A stretch of 63,485 nucleotides of DNA, filler included, from Octopus bimaculoides (taxonomy: Eukaryota), in NCBI RefSeq assembly GCF_001194135.2. It is 4 parts of 4 records of this genome, joined end to end, with 100 filler letters (N's around TTAATTAATTAA, not from the genome) between each part and the next. Parts side by side here need not be neighbours in the genome. Positions count along the whole stretch, not along the records: positions 15,123 to 33,083 come from NC_068990.1; positions 33,184 to 61,484 come from NC_069005.1; 2 more parts are not named here. One strand, given 5' to 3'. Position 1 is the stretch's first letter. Every line of letters starts with the position of its first letter. The position numbers and the translations under genes are program-made. The notes under the pieces are model-generated. The model was not told where the DNA came from. It did not search any database and worked only from the letters and a program-made list of their open reading frames with translations. This document shows, piece after piece, positions 26,620-39,861 of the stretch.

Positions 26620-26910
26620 CCGATGGACTTCAAGTAATATCTTCTGTTTATATCATGCCACCCGAAACATATCACAAGAAATATCTCCTTTAATTTAGCA
26701 AAAAAATATTTGCACAAGATTGTTTGATAGAAATACTCGTCTTCAAGACCTCATCAAGCATGCTATGAAACTAGACATAGACACACTAAGGGCAACAATA
26801 CGTAACGCCACACCTCCTCATCTCAAAACATTACTGTATATATTAACACACAACCCTAGAAACAATGAACCATACAATGATATATTTCTAAATCTCTCTG
26901 AGAGATTTAG
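26620..26910 (+). mobile_element. Penelope-like element fragment (RT-to-GIY-YIG linker)
   Basis: SCHPKHITRNISFNLAK, then after a frameshift DRNTRLQ and ILTHNPRN. Confidence 0.7.
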
Positions 26911-28515
26911 GCAGTAGCAGCACGATAAAGTGATAGCATGTTGTCAATTTAATGAGACAGTCCCATAAAAGGGAAGAATGCTACTGTTATTTAGCACTAG
27001 GAAACACCATTGGATTTGACACATTTCCTGTGTCCTTAAGTTTTCAAAGTGGAGACAAGCATCTCCACCCATAAGGACACGGGAAACAGGCGCTTGTCTC
27101 CACTCTGATCTGTATTGTACAAAATCTGCTTATGCACACTAGAGTTCCAAAAATGAACAACATTCTGAAAACACATAAATTGACAAACACAATATAAAAT
27201 TATATTAAAAAATATATTAAAACTACGTTAAGTATGTGGGTTTTCCTTATTTTATTATATATATATATATATATATATNNNNNNNNNNNNNNNNNNNNNN
27301 NNNNNNNNNNNNNNNNNNNNNNNNNNNNNNNNNNNNNNNNNNNNNNNNNNNNNNNNNNNNNNNNNNNNNNNNNNNNNNNNNNNNNNNNNNNNNNNNNNNN
27401 NNNNNNNNNNNNNNNNNNNNNNNNNNNNNNNNNNNNNNNNNNNNNNNNNNNNNNNNNNNNNNNNNNNNNNNNNNNNNNNNNNNNNNNNNNNNNNNNNNNN
27501 NNNNNNNNNNNNNNNNNNNNNNNNNNNNNNNNNNNNNNNNNNNNNNNNNNNNNNNNNNNNNNNNNNNNNNNNNNNNNNNNNNNNNNNNNNNNNNNNNNNN
27601 NNNNNNNNNNNNNNNNNNNNNNNNNNNNNNNNNNNNNNNNNNNNNNNNNNNNNNNNNNNNNNNNNNNNNNNNNNNNNNNNNNNNNNNNNNNNNNNNNNNN
27701 NNNNNNNNNNNNNNNNNNNNNNNNNNNNNNNNNNNNNNNNNNNNNNNNNNNNNNNNNNNNNNNNNNNNNNNNNNNNNNNNNNNNNNNNNNNNNNNNNNNN
27801 NNNNNNNNNNNNNNNNNNNNNNNNNNNNNNNNNNNNNNNNNNNNNNNNNNNNNNNNNNNNNNNNNNNNNNNNNNNNNNNNNNNNNNNNNNNNNNNNNNNN
27901 NNNNNNNNNNNNNNNNNNNNNNNNNNNNNNNNNNNNNNNNNNNNNNNNNNNNNNNNNNNNNNNNNNNNNNNNNNNNNNNNNNNNNNNNNNNNNNNNNNNN
28001 NNNNNNNNNNNNNNNNNNNNNNNNNNNNNNNNNNNNNNNNNNNNNNNNNNNNNNNNNNNNNNNNNNNNNNNNNNNNNNNNNNNNNNNNNNNNNNNNNNNN
28101 NNNNNNNNNNNNNNNNNNNNNNNNNNNNNNNNNNNNNNNNNNNNNNNNNNNNNNNNNNNNNNNNNNNNNNNNNNNNNNNNNNNNNNNNNNNNNNNNNNNN
28201 NNNNNNNNNNNNNNNNNNNNNNNNNNNNNNNNNNNNNNNNNNNNNNNNNNNNTTTATATATATATATATAAATATAAATACATACAGTGTACATTTAAAC
28301 ACATAAAGAGAGATATCCATATTAGGACATCTAACCCGCAAGAAGGAGCAGTCAAACTTCAAATTACAATTAGGGATAATTTCGAAAGGGAATGAAAAAT
28401 AAAAGCATGTACCATCTAATCATGACAAACACACAAGTTATTTTTCGTTCTCTCTTTTATTTTCTCTTATTCTCTTATCCTCTTTTATTTTCTCTCGTTT
28501 ATTTTCTCTTATTCC

Positions 28516-28549
28516 TTTCTGTTGAAGAGCATAGGCTCGAAACGTAAAA
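28516..28549 (+). ncRNA. Second copy of the CUGUUGA hammerhead-like motif
   Basis: ttt-CTGTTGA-A-GAGC atag GCTC-GAA-ACGT-A-aaa. Confidence 0.35.
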
Positions 28550-28655
28550 AGACTTTTTCATTTTCCCGAGCAGCAAATTAATACACCTGCTTGTTGTTCA
28601 TACACCTGTCTTCGAATATTGTTTTTCTGTAAATTTCAACTATATATACATATAT

Positions 28656-29077
28656 AGGCGTGGGAGTGGCTGTGTAGTAAGTAGCTTGCTTACGAACCAC
28701 ATGGTTCTGGGTTCAGTCCCACTGCGTGGCACCTTGGGCAAGTGTCTTCTACTATAGCCTCGGGCCGACCAAAGCCTTGTGAGTGGATTTGGTAGACGGA
28801 AACTGAAAGAAGCCCGTAGTATATAAATGTATATCTATATATGTTTGTGTGTGTATATGTTTGTGTGTCTGTGTTTGTCTCCCCAACATTGCTTGACAAC
28901 CGATGCTGGTGTGTTTACGTCCCCGTAACTTAGCGGTTCTGCAAAAGAGACCGATATAATAAGTACTAGGCTCACAAAGAATAACTCCTGGGTCCTAGAC
29001 TTACTCGACTAAAGGCGGTGCTCCAGCATGGCCACAGTCAAACGACTGATAAAAGTAAAAGATTAAAAGAGTAAAGA

Positions 29078-29078
<1 letters not shown>
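28656..29078 (+). mobile_element. Near full-length SINE (CORE-like ccttgggcaagtgtctt)
   Basis: tRNA-like head ggctgtgtagtaag..ggttcagtccc, a core, and an A-rich tail. Many partial copies occur in the window. Confidence 0.85.
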
Positions 29079-29112
<34 letters not shown>

Positions 29113-29857
29113 GTTTGGTCTCTTGTATTTATCTTATTTTTCTGTTTGAGATTGTCTATCACCCTCCCCCCATTTATACACCTATTTACACCCCTAGGTA
29201 ATCTATAGAAGGGATTATAATCCAGGCTGTACTCTCGTGAAGTCCGAGATATTGTCTGAAGAATTACTGATAGGAGGAGATCCTTTAAATGTATACCTAT
29301 GTAATTCCTATACTCTAATGGAACACGTGTATCATAGAATTTAAAGTATACCAAAGTTTTTCAGTTTCTTGTTTTGATATGTAATTGCTCTGCAAATAGA
29401 ATTTACAAAAATTTCAAATGCAATATATGTTTCATGATATATGTATCTATTCACCGTGTGAATATATATATATATATATATATANNNNNNNNNNNNNNNN
29501 NNNNNNNNNNNNNNNNNNNNNNNNNNNNNNNNNNNNNNNNNNNNNNNNNNNNNNNNNNNNNNNNNNNNNNNNNNNNNNNNNNNNNNNNNNNNNNNNNNNN
29601 NNNNNNNNNNNNNNNNNNNNNNNNNNNNNNNNNNNNNNNNNNNNNNNNNNNNNNNNNNNNNNNNNNNNNNNNNNNNNNNNNNNNNNNNNNNNNNNNNNNN
29701 NNNNNNNNNNNNNNNNNNNNNNNNNNNNNNNNNNNNNNNNNNNNNNNNNNNNNNNNNNNNNNNNNNNNNNNNNNNNNNNNNNNNNNNNNNNNNNNNNNNN
29801 NNNNNNNNNNNNNNNNNNNNNNNNNNNNNNNNNNNNNNNNNNNNNNNNNNNNNNNNN

Positions 29858-29936
<79 letters not shown>

Positions 29937-30611
29937 ATATGTATGTATGTATGTATGTATATATATATGATTATGTATATACTATGTATGTATGTAAGTA
30001 TGTATGTATGTGTGTGAGCTTTTATGTACCCAGTTGAACTTCATGGATGTGAACTCGAATGACTTCAATTTACTTTCACCACTTTTAACTAGTTTTAACA
30101 CAAAACATCTAAATATATTCCATTATATTTCATTAGGTTCTCTAGCTTTTTCGGTTTCTTTTGCCTTCTTGCTATTAAATTTTCTCTTCCTCTAAACTCC
30201 GCCCAAATTATCTTTGTTTCTATTGTTCCAGTCAAGAAAATATAGCAACTTTTTTATCTCTCATTAAAATATTCTTTATTCTGTACGCTCAGTTACGTTG
30301 TTTGCACGCACACGCACACACGAACGCGTACACACATACACACACACGAAGTTAAAGACATCTCCGGAAGCATACGTATACATGCATTTATGCCCACTCA
30401 TTGCAAACACTTATATTTATATCTACAAACGCACTCACCTATACACACACAAGCATATACACACACATACACACAAACCCCGACAGAAAACTGTGAATTA
30501 AACACTCTCTCACACACACACACATACTCCTTGATACAAACACACACAGACACACATACATATATACACGCACTCGAAGCAAGCATTAACATTTATATGT
30601 CTTCAAACTTT

Positions 30612-30770
30612 CTATCTTTTACTTGTTTCAGTCATTAGACTGCGGCGATGCTGGAGCACCTTGTTGAATCTTTAGCCGAATGAATTGATCCCAGTACCAG
30701 TTTTATAAACTGGTACTTATTCTATCAGTTTCTTTTGCTGAACCGCTAATTTACGGGAAGGTAAACATAT
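30612..30770 (-). mobile_element. SINE 3' fragment
   Basis: Reverse complement of the 28900-29070 tail. Confidence 0.75.
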
Positions 30771-30964
30771 GGTAGTGGTGGTGGGGGAAATACTGACACA
30801 AACACCCACACACACGTTCACAAAGACACTCACATACACGCACACACGTGTGCGTGTATGTGTTATACTAAGGGTGGTGCTCCAGCATGGCCGCACTCAA
30901 ATGACTGAAACAAAGAAAAGAATAAAAGAAAATGAATAAACATACACACTAACATATTTATTTC

Positions 30965-31135
30965 CACAATATGCACAAAACTCAAAATCTCTCGAGGGAG
31001 GAGTAAGTTGATAACATCGATCCCAGTGCTCAGCTGGTACTATTTTTATCGACTCCCTCTGAAGGGGTGAAAGGCAAAGTCGACCGTGACGGAATTTGAA
31101 CCCAGAAAGTAAAACCGTGCAAATGGTTCTGCCAG
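30965..31135 (-). mobile_element. Nin-like SINE
   Basis: Homologous to 5320-5533. Confidence 0.7.
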
Positions 31136-31684
31136 TTTATCGCAGTACCAGACAGTGACTCTCATGGCTTCTGATTTTAACTGACTGGGAGTGTTATAAT
31201 GTATATTGCTTTGTCTAAGTATAAAAGATGGGCAACAGCAAATATTCTGATCAATACCACAGTTTAGCTTGTCAGATGGTTGACCTTAACCAGCTGAGCA
31301 TGACCCTTAGTGGCTGACAATATGTGCATCTCTGATCACGAGCAGAAGTAGTTGGGGAACATCATAAGCATGAGAGGAATTCTTTGGGATTTGAATAATT
31401 CATCTCTGGAAACATGGGAGTTCTTTTCAACATCATTAAACAAACCTTTTTTGTAGACAATTTGAGTGGGATGGGCAACTCAACCTGAAGAAAATTCTAA
31501 CTGAACCTCGAATGCAAGGTCATGTGCTGTTCATCTTGATATGAGATCACCATGTCACGCACATATAGTTGTGATGCATGTGCTTGGTGTACCCTTATCA
31601 GACGAGTAGTCATGATGGGTATATTGGGGTTCGTATATTTGAACCCCAGTGCCACCTTGATGACATGCACTGCTCTCTCACTCG

Positions 31685-31742
<58 letters not shown>

Positions 31743-31743
<1 letters not shown>

Positions 31744-32063
31744 GTATGCGATAAGGAAGAAAGAAAAGTCGAGAGATATTAAAGGTTAGGTTGGGAAGTT
31801 AAGCAGTTGTGGTCGATGAAAAAGGTAGCAGTAGTACCAATAATTGTCGGAGCCCTGGGAACAGTGAGCAAAAATCTTGAGAAGTACATGCAACAAATAG
31901 GGGCTGCAATAAGGGTGGAGTACTTGCAGAAAACAGCACTGCTTGGAACCGCTCGAATACTCCGGAAGGTGCTCGAAAAATAAGAGGTGTTACCTTAGTT
32001 CACTGGGAGTGAACAGCTGACACTGTAATACATCTCCAGCGTTAGAAGCTGAACAAAGGTAAC

Positions 32064-32065
<2 letters not shown>
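31743..32065 (+). mobile_element. R4/Dong-like LINE, 5'-truncated, inside (TAA)n
   Basis: KEERKVERY*RLGWEVKQLW..KVAVVPIIVGALG..LQKTALLGTARILRKVL*, with (TAA)n on both sides. Confidence 0.85.
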
Positions 32066-32120
<55 letters not shown>

Positions 32121-32121
<1 letters not shown>

Positions 32122-32335
32122 GGTTCAAATTTGGCGCAAGACCAGCAATTTAACGGGAAGTGACTAGTCGATTACATCGATCTCAGTGTTCAAATGGTAC
32201 TTATTTTATTGACCCCGGCAGGATGAAAGGCAAAGTCAACATGGACGAAATTTGAACTCAGAACGTATAACCGGAACAAATGCGGTTATGCATTTCGTCC
32301 GGCGTGCTAACTCTTTTGCCAGCTCACCGCCTTCA
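32121..32335 (-). mobile_element. Nin-like SINE
   Basis: Homologous to 5320-5533. Confidence 0.75.
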
Positions 32336-33232
32336 CATACACACTAATACATTACTGAGCACGTCTCACTGCATGCACTCAGAGAAGTGTAACCAGTTTA
32401 TACAAGAGTATCCTAGCACGGTATTGTATGTGTAGTCATGTATTATAGCTAAGTGATATCTAAAATATATTACAGAACGGACCAAAATGGAAGACCCTTA
32501 GATCAACACGAAAGCACAAACTAGTAAAGCTGAGAATCTATATTAGGCAATCAATGTTTCATACACGTTTTTCTGTAAACAAAAAAGATATCAGCTACAA
32601 GACTCAAGTTGTTATATTGGACACAAAAGTATTACACTTTATCGTCCGCTGATCATGCGTTTACAACTACGAGCTACAGTAATTCACCAATATAAACTAC
32701 AAGAAATAAAATTTCATAGAAAGTCGTTAGCTGATGGTGCGACAATTTTAGAAAGAATTCCATAAAAATATTCGAAGTGTATCGATGTACGATGTACTAA
32801 TAGTAAAATAGAAAACACAAATCAACACAGACATGACATCCATGCAATAAAGTATGAAATCTATGAGAATTGTCGAATAAGTTTTGAATCCGACTTTGAT
32901 GATTTTATCAGTTCTGATATGATGCTTTGTGACTTAATGAGAAGCGCACGAAACACACGCCTTTATTGCTATTCGGATGATGACGTCTCGAAAATTTTGA
33001 AATGTTAATGGATTAATGGATTTAGGAGTGCTACTTTTTCAAAAGAAACACAAGCGACTAGGGAAATATAAAGGGATATATATNNNNNNNNNNNNNNNNN
33101 NNNNNNNNNNNNNNNNNNNNNNNNNNNTTAATTAATTAANNNNNNNNNNNNNNNNNNNNNNNNNNNNNNNNNNNNNNNNNNNNATATATATATATATATA
33201 TTTATATGTATATTCATACATACATATGTATG

Positions 33233-33266
<34 letters not shown>

Positions 33267-33434
33267 GACAATGGATATGTAATTACATACTTTATATGAG
33301 CAATATTATGTATGATGTATATGAATATGTTGTGCACATGTATAATGCGATAGATAGATAGATATCCATTTATATTATACATACTGTATAATATATATAC
33401 ATAATGCAATATATACACAATATACATACCATAT

Positions 33435-33476
<42 letters not shown>

Positions 33477-33699
33477 CATACATATACATATACATGCCAT
33501 ACCTACAGATGTACGTAACAGGTATATTACTATTCAATTAATCGATGTCTACACACACACACACACACACATATACATACTACATAATGTATTATGTATA
33601 CATGTGACATAAACATACATTATATACACGTATGACAATATATCTGTATGTATTGTGTATTGATCGACTAAACTATCTCTTTGTTTAATTTTAAAGTGT

Positions 33700-33930
33700 A
33701 AGTGGCCGAGTGTTCCACATAATTGACAAGTAGAATCCATATGATACAGGGTATATGACAAAGGCTGGGCCTTTGAATTAAAGCTACAGACCGCCTTCCC
33801 ACCAAGTTTCACTCATCGTCTTGCGTCGACCTGATGCTCTTGATAAAGCCACTGGCAGATGATACGCAATAGTATCGAGCCCAGGACCTCAAGATTGCGC
33901 AGCGAACTTCTTAGTCACTCGGCCTTCGTT
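33700..33930 (-). mobile_element. Decayed tRNA-derived SINE
   Basis: The minus strand starts ggccgagtgactaagaagttcgc..gaggtcctgggctcgatac. Confidence 0.55.
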
Positions 33931-35649
33931 TACCACACACACACACACGCAAGCAGAAAGATATGAAGTAGCTTACCCCTTTTATAGCCCGAGCAACGTT
34001 GGTAATAATCTTATCCTTAAGACGCATTCGATCTGCTGAACTTGTCATGGTATTCTTCATCGCATTCCTGTTGTCTCGGGGAGTGTGATTATTATTAATG
34101 ATAATGAATATGATTAAGACATGGGTAAAGAGGTTTTGTATTATCAGATTGTTGTAACTCTATCACTGTTAATAGTATATAGATAGTACGTTCCTTAGTT
34201 AGTTGCCCTGGCCTCTCCTTTGTGTGTGAGTGTTTGCAGAGGGTGGTGTAATGGCTCCGATCACGGAGACTTGCCTACTGCACAACATAACACAACGAAG
34301 CAGACAGCCGACATTTTGGCTTATTGCTGAATGAGAAGGCAGGAGGTGAGTGGGAGGAGGAGGAGGTAGTCACAGTGTGGGAGTAGTGGTGGGAGTATAC
34401 GGTGTAGAAGTGAGAGTGAAGTGAAGTAAACGAAAGAGGGAGCGAAATAAAAATTGGCTGATATTTTCGATGATGCAACCAGAAGGAGAGACTATAGATA
34501 GACAGATGAATAGAGGTAGAGAAAGAGGTGGATGATAGTAAACGAAGACATGGAGTGGGGGGAAAAGTAGTAGACAGAGGATATAAACAAAGAGAGAGTT
34601 TATATATATATATATATATATGCGTGTTTGTGTATATGTATGTATGGATATCATTAGAAAATGTAAGATAGTAGAAAGATGGGTGGTGAAAGACAGACAA
34701 ATAGATAAAAAGGGAAGTGGTACAAGACAGAGAGATACTGACAGCGTAAAGAGAATTAGGGACAGACAGATACACAAACTGAGAATTGGGCAAAGAGTGG
34801 GACTGATAGTGTGAGAGATGGTTAAGGCGAGGGTGACTGAATAGAAAGGGTTTAGCCGATAAGGCTTACACAAACGAATAGTAACGGATAGTAAAAGTTA
34901 GAGATTGAGAGACAAAGTGGGAAAGGAAAAAAAAATACAAAGATAGTGTGAGAGAAATACAAGAAAGAGAGGGGGTAAAAAAGACAGACAGAGAGACAAA
35001 TAGAGAGGAAAAAACTATGATAACTAGACAGAAATAGCTACAAATAGAGTAAGAGACAGATAAGCGACGGAGGGGTTATGTGATTAGAGACGGTAAAGAA
35101 AGTATTGTGGGGGATGCCGGGAAGGTTTGTAGCAGCTGGTTGACAACAATTTTGGGAAATACACGATTTATATAGCCTTTTAAAATGTAAATCACTAAGG
35201 ATTATCATGTAACACAATTGAAGAACAGAAACACACAAAATGACGGGTGACTGATGAAATGCCTAGGAATTAAAACTAAAGTGGACTTGATATCGTAAAC
35301 CTGGAAATTTAATTAATTGAAATTCGTGAAATATGGAGAGCGACGAATCTTTAGCTGTAGACTGACAACTTTGGGTTGGGTTTGGTCTAATTAGACGTTA
35401 ACATCAAATCTAAACTAGCCAACCTGCTATATTCTAGAACGACTTAAGATACAGAGTTTCTATGGATTGTGTGGGTACATACAATACTAGTATACCCATG
35501 CTGTCAAAAATTCATCTAAAAAATAAATTCATCAACGTAATATACATTCCATATATATAATATAGATTTGTATAGTTAGAATTATTTTTTTTACGAGCAT
35601 ACTTTGATGAGTGCTAAATATAAAGAACAGTTTTATAAAAATTGTTTAC

Positions 35650-35795
35650 TAGAAGTTTGCTTCCAAACCACACGGTTCTAGGTTCAGTCCCCCTGCATAG
35701 AACCTTGCGGAAGTGTCTTCTACTAAAATCCTGGGCCGACCAAAGCCTTGTGAGTGGATCTGGCAAATAGAAACTGAATAAACCCATCATATATA
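35650..35795 (+). mobile_element. SINE 5' part
   Basis: Homologous to 28680-28820. Confidence 0.8.
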
Positions 35796-35824
35796 TGTGT
35801 GTGTGTGTGTGTTTATATATATAT

Positions 35825-35866
<42 letters not shown>

Positions 35867-36101
35867 GTAAATCTAAGATCCAAGGATCAAAGTGTAGGAA
35901 AAACGCTAGCTTCAAGAAAACCAAAGGGAATATAAAAAAAAATTACATTCAGGAACAATAGTGGTTTATTGAGGCAGAAGGTTGTGGATTTTTCCCTGTA
36001 TTGAAATATGGTAAAGCAAAAAAATTTTTATATTTCAAGATAGGCAGGCAAGGTTGCCAGGCATGCGAATAAAATACAAGAGTTAAGGAATGGAATAGAT
36101 A

Positions 36102-36200
36102 ATATCCAGGCTACATATGTTTCATAGCAAGCAGGACCTCAGAAGTGGTAAATATCCAAGCAAGGTGTATAATGCTGGCTATTCTTCAGGCCAAGGATAT
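36102..36200 (-). ncRNA. Type I hammerhead ribozyme candidate with 59-nt helix II domain
   Basis: Minus strand reads ATATCCttGGC-CTGAAGA-ATAGCcAGC...GCTtGCTAT-GAA-ACATATGT-A-GCCtGGATAT. Confidence 0.8.
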
Positions 36201-36310
36201 CTTAATTAAATGAAGTCTACATTGATTATGTCATATGTAAACAAACAAGTTTGTTTTTGAAGTGTTGAAATGTATTGTAGAACAAGTAGAAAGTATATTT
36301 TTCAACACTT

Positions 36311-36708
36311 TGTAGGCACAGTTACCTCCCCTGATGACGGCTGCCTATATAGCTCGCCACTAGATGGCACATGTAACTCTAAGATTCCAACACTCACCTC
36401 TTCTTTTCATTGAGATGTAAGAGCGTGAAGACATGACCTAGCTGGCTCTCATAAAACAGAGGCGGCTGCTAGCAGACATCGAGTGGACATGAGGTAATAC
36501 ACAGAAGATGAACATGGGCTTCACTTGTAAACTCTTTCTATTATTATTCAACTTGTTTATATTTGAGACCTAGAGTAAAGGTATTTAAAGTTACAGCTTT
36601 GTTCTATGAATTCATTATACAGTGTTCCTTTATCGAATGACATATTACAGTCTTCTGAACAAAGCCATCATTGGATGGTTTCACCGCCTGAGACCATGAC
36701 CATCTATA
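36311..36708 (+). repeat. 5' LTR
   Basis: Direct repeat of 39862-40263; starts TGT and is followed by the PBS. Confidence 0.9.
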
Positions 36709-39700
36709 ATGGTGACCCAACGCAGGACTCACCATGATGTTCTAGATCACAATTCCTTCTAAAATGGTAATCCTTCTTGCATGAATTTCTGATCTGTGTA
36801 CACATGCATTCCATTTTTCTCCTTTTTGACTTTGTCTACGCTACCAAACCACCATTCATCATATAAGAACAGGCCACTGATGTCTCTCTTGATGCCATAT
36901 TGCCTTCTCTACCAAAAAATTTTGGCATCATTTTCAAGCGGGAACTGCACATCATTTTTACCTCATGTTGTAACTGAAATTACAACTTTATCCTTCTAAG
37001 ACACAGCTTTCCGGGAGAATTTTCTTCTTTTTACATGCAAGAAGTATATTTAACAGCCAATGTTATCCAGAATTCATATGAATAATAATTTTTCCTACGA
37101 ACTAGGTATGAGTTTTTCTCTCTCAACCCTACTCGGATTATCCCATGTGCTGGCCATTATTTTGTTCTTCATCCATTAGCAAGGACTTGTTCCATTTCAT
37201 CCTCTGTTGCAAAAAAAAGTTCCTAGTTTGATGCTCGTCATGTCTTCTTTCAACTAGGGTGTTTGACTGCCATTCCTAATGGCGTTTACTTCAACCAGCT
37301 TGTTTTTTGTGGTGTTCCATTTCCTATTATGGTCTAAAGATGAGTCTTTTTCCTTTGCCTCAATTTGCTTCTTCGTCTTCCTCGTGAGCTTGCACTTTGT
37401 CTTCTGCTCCAGATGACACACAATCCTCTGAAACCTTATGGACCATTAGAGAATTGACCCATCAGGTTTCACGCATGTGCAAGGACTGTTCTTCTTCATA
37501 GAATTATTTTGCAGAGAGAACCAGATATTGCACTTTTTCATGCAGATGCACACTTCCTGCTCCACCAGTTTGCTGATACCATAGGAAATTCAAGGGCCAG
37601 GCCAAAAAGTGTAGACATCCCTGCTCTTACTCTTCTCTGAGAAACTAGGCTGGAAGGCACTGGGCACGATAGTTGTCTCCCCCATTGATTCACCTTGCCA
37701 TGCATTTTTTTTCATCCAAGATGCTATTCCTTCAAAGTCCTTTATGGTGGACACAAGAGTCAGTGTGAGTATCTGGCCTCGTCAGTTTACTTCCACCAAC
37801 CTTGGTCTTTCTGACATATCTCTCTATGAGGTGAATCATTCTGCCATTAAAACCTATGGACAAATCTCTCTTACCCTGGATTTATCACTCCGTAGGGATT
37901 TCAAGTGGGTCTTCGTCATTGTGGACCTGCCCTATCCCACCCTTGGAGCTGACTTCTTACATCACTATTCTCTCCTTGTGGACGTTAGAGGACACTGGCT
38001 TCTTGATGATACTACCTCACTCGTTGTTTCCGGAAAGGATTCTTCTGTTCCTGTTGTGAGCCCTTCTTTCTTTGTGGCTGCTTCAGGTGACTCTTACCAC
38101 CAGTTACTCACGTCATTTCCAGAGTTGACTGATTTGTCATTTCATCTATAAAATCCAACCCATTCCATGAGACATTTCATCACAATTAAGGGACCTACTG
38201 ATTTTTCCTGACGATGCTGTTTGTCTCCAGACAAACTCTGGATTGCCCCGGGCTGAATTCAAGCACATGCTCCAGTTGGCCTTATTCATCTCTCCACGAG
38301 CTCATGGCCAGTGCCTTTGCACATGGCCAGCAAGAATGAAGCTGATTTTTAACTGGTTGGAGATTTTAGATGCCTTAACACTGTCACTATTCCAGATCAC
38401 TATCTGCTATCAAATGTGCAAGATTTTTTGTTTACCTTGCACAGCTGTAAGATTTTTTCTAAAATCAACTTGGTATGCACGTACCATCAAATCCCTGTCA
38501 ACTCCGATGACATTCCAAAGACAACCATTATCACGCCTTTTGGAGTGTTTGAATTTTTGTCTATGCCATTTGGTCTTCATAATGCAGCCAGCATGTTCCA
38601 AAGGTTCATCAATGAGGTTGTTCATGGGTTAGACTTTGTCTTCACATACGTCAATGACCTTCTAATTGCCAGTGGTACTCCAGACCAGCACCTCCAACAC
38701 TTAACCCAACTGTTCAAGTAACTGCATTCCTATGATGTGAAGATCAATCCAGCTAAGTGTGTATTTGATTCTATCAGCTTGGAATTCTTAGAGTATCTCA
38801 TTGACACCAACGGTATTCATCTGCTTCCCTCTAAAGTGGAAGCCATCAAATGCTTGTCTCCTCCTGTTTCCTTAAAACAGCTCAGAAATTTCATTGGTTT
38901 AATTATTTATTATCGTTGCTTTATACCTAACTGTGCAGAGAAGTTGCTTCCCTTGGCCCAGTTTTTCAAACATCAACGCAAAAAAGACTCCCCAATAACA
39001 CTGTCTCCTACAGCCATCCAAGCTTTTGAATCTGTCAAAGCTGAGCTTGCTCAAGCATCCTTCCTCGTTCATCCTGTTGTCTCTCACTGTGGACACGCCT
39101 TCTTCCACCATTGCTGCAGTTTTAGAGCAATCTATCAACAGCCAAACCCAGCCACTGGCTTTCTTTTCTCGCCAGTTGAAAGCTGCTGAACTGAGATACA
39201 GAGTGTTTGGTAAGGAACTCTTAGCAATTTATTTAGTGGTGAAGTATTTCTCTCACCTTCTCGAAGGTAGTGAATTCATGATTTTCATTGACCACAAACT
39301 GCTAACGTTTGCTATTTTTGAAGTACTGCATTCACTGTCACATCCCGGCATTGCGGCCACAGTAAAGCTTATCTCGGCCTGCTTTTTCTGGCCAAATATG
39401 CATCAGTCTATTACTAATTGGTCACATGCCTGTCTACCATGTCAGCATTCCAAGGTGCTTTGTCACATTCAAACACCTCTTGGGCATTTCCAGCCACCGG
39501 ACACCAGTGACTGTTCTGGAGAATAGACTTATGTTTGTTATAGACACTGCATTCATATTTCCTCTCATTTTGTATCATACTTTGTTCTGTTTGATTGGAC
39601 ACCTTCCTTTGCTGAACGTTTCTTTCCTTGTACATACTTGCATTGTATTTTTCAATTGTTCTGCCATAGTTTAGATTCTGTGTATCACACATTTTGTTCT

Positions 39701-39861
39701 CTACAAGAACAGACATTTTCTGCATATTTCCTCCAAGTTTGTACTCTTGCCTTGTTCACACAACTGTTTTGCCATGTTTCATTCTTCTGTGCCCTCCTAT
39801 TGCACACATACATTTCGACTACCTTCTTTTTGTTTGACCGATTCCAGTCTAAAGGGGCCCT

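Noticed and set aside
35244-35290. CTGATGA-hairpin-AAAAC
   Set aside because: G12 is absent, the cleavage position is G, and there is no helix I.
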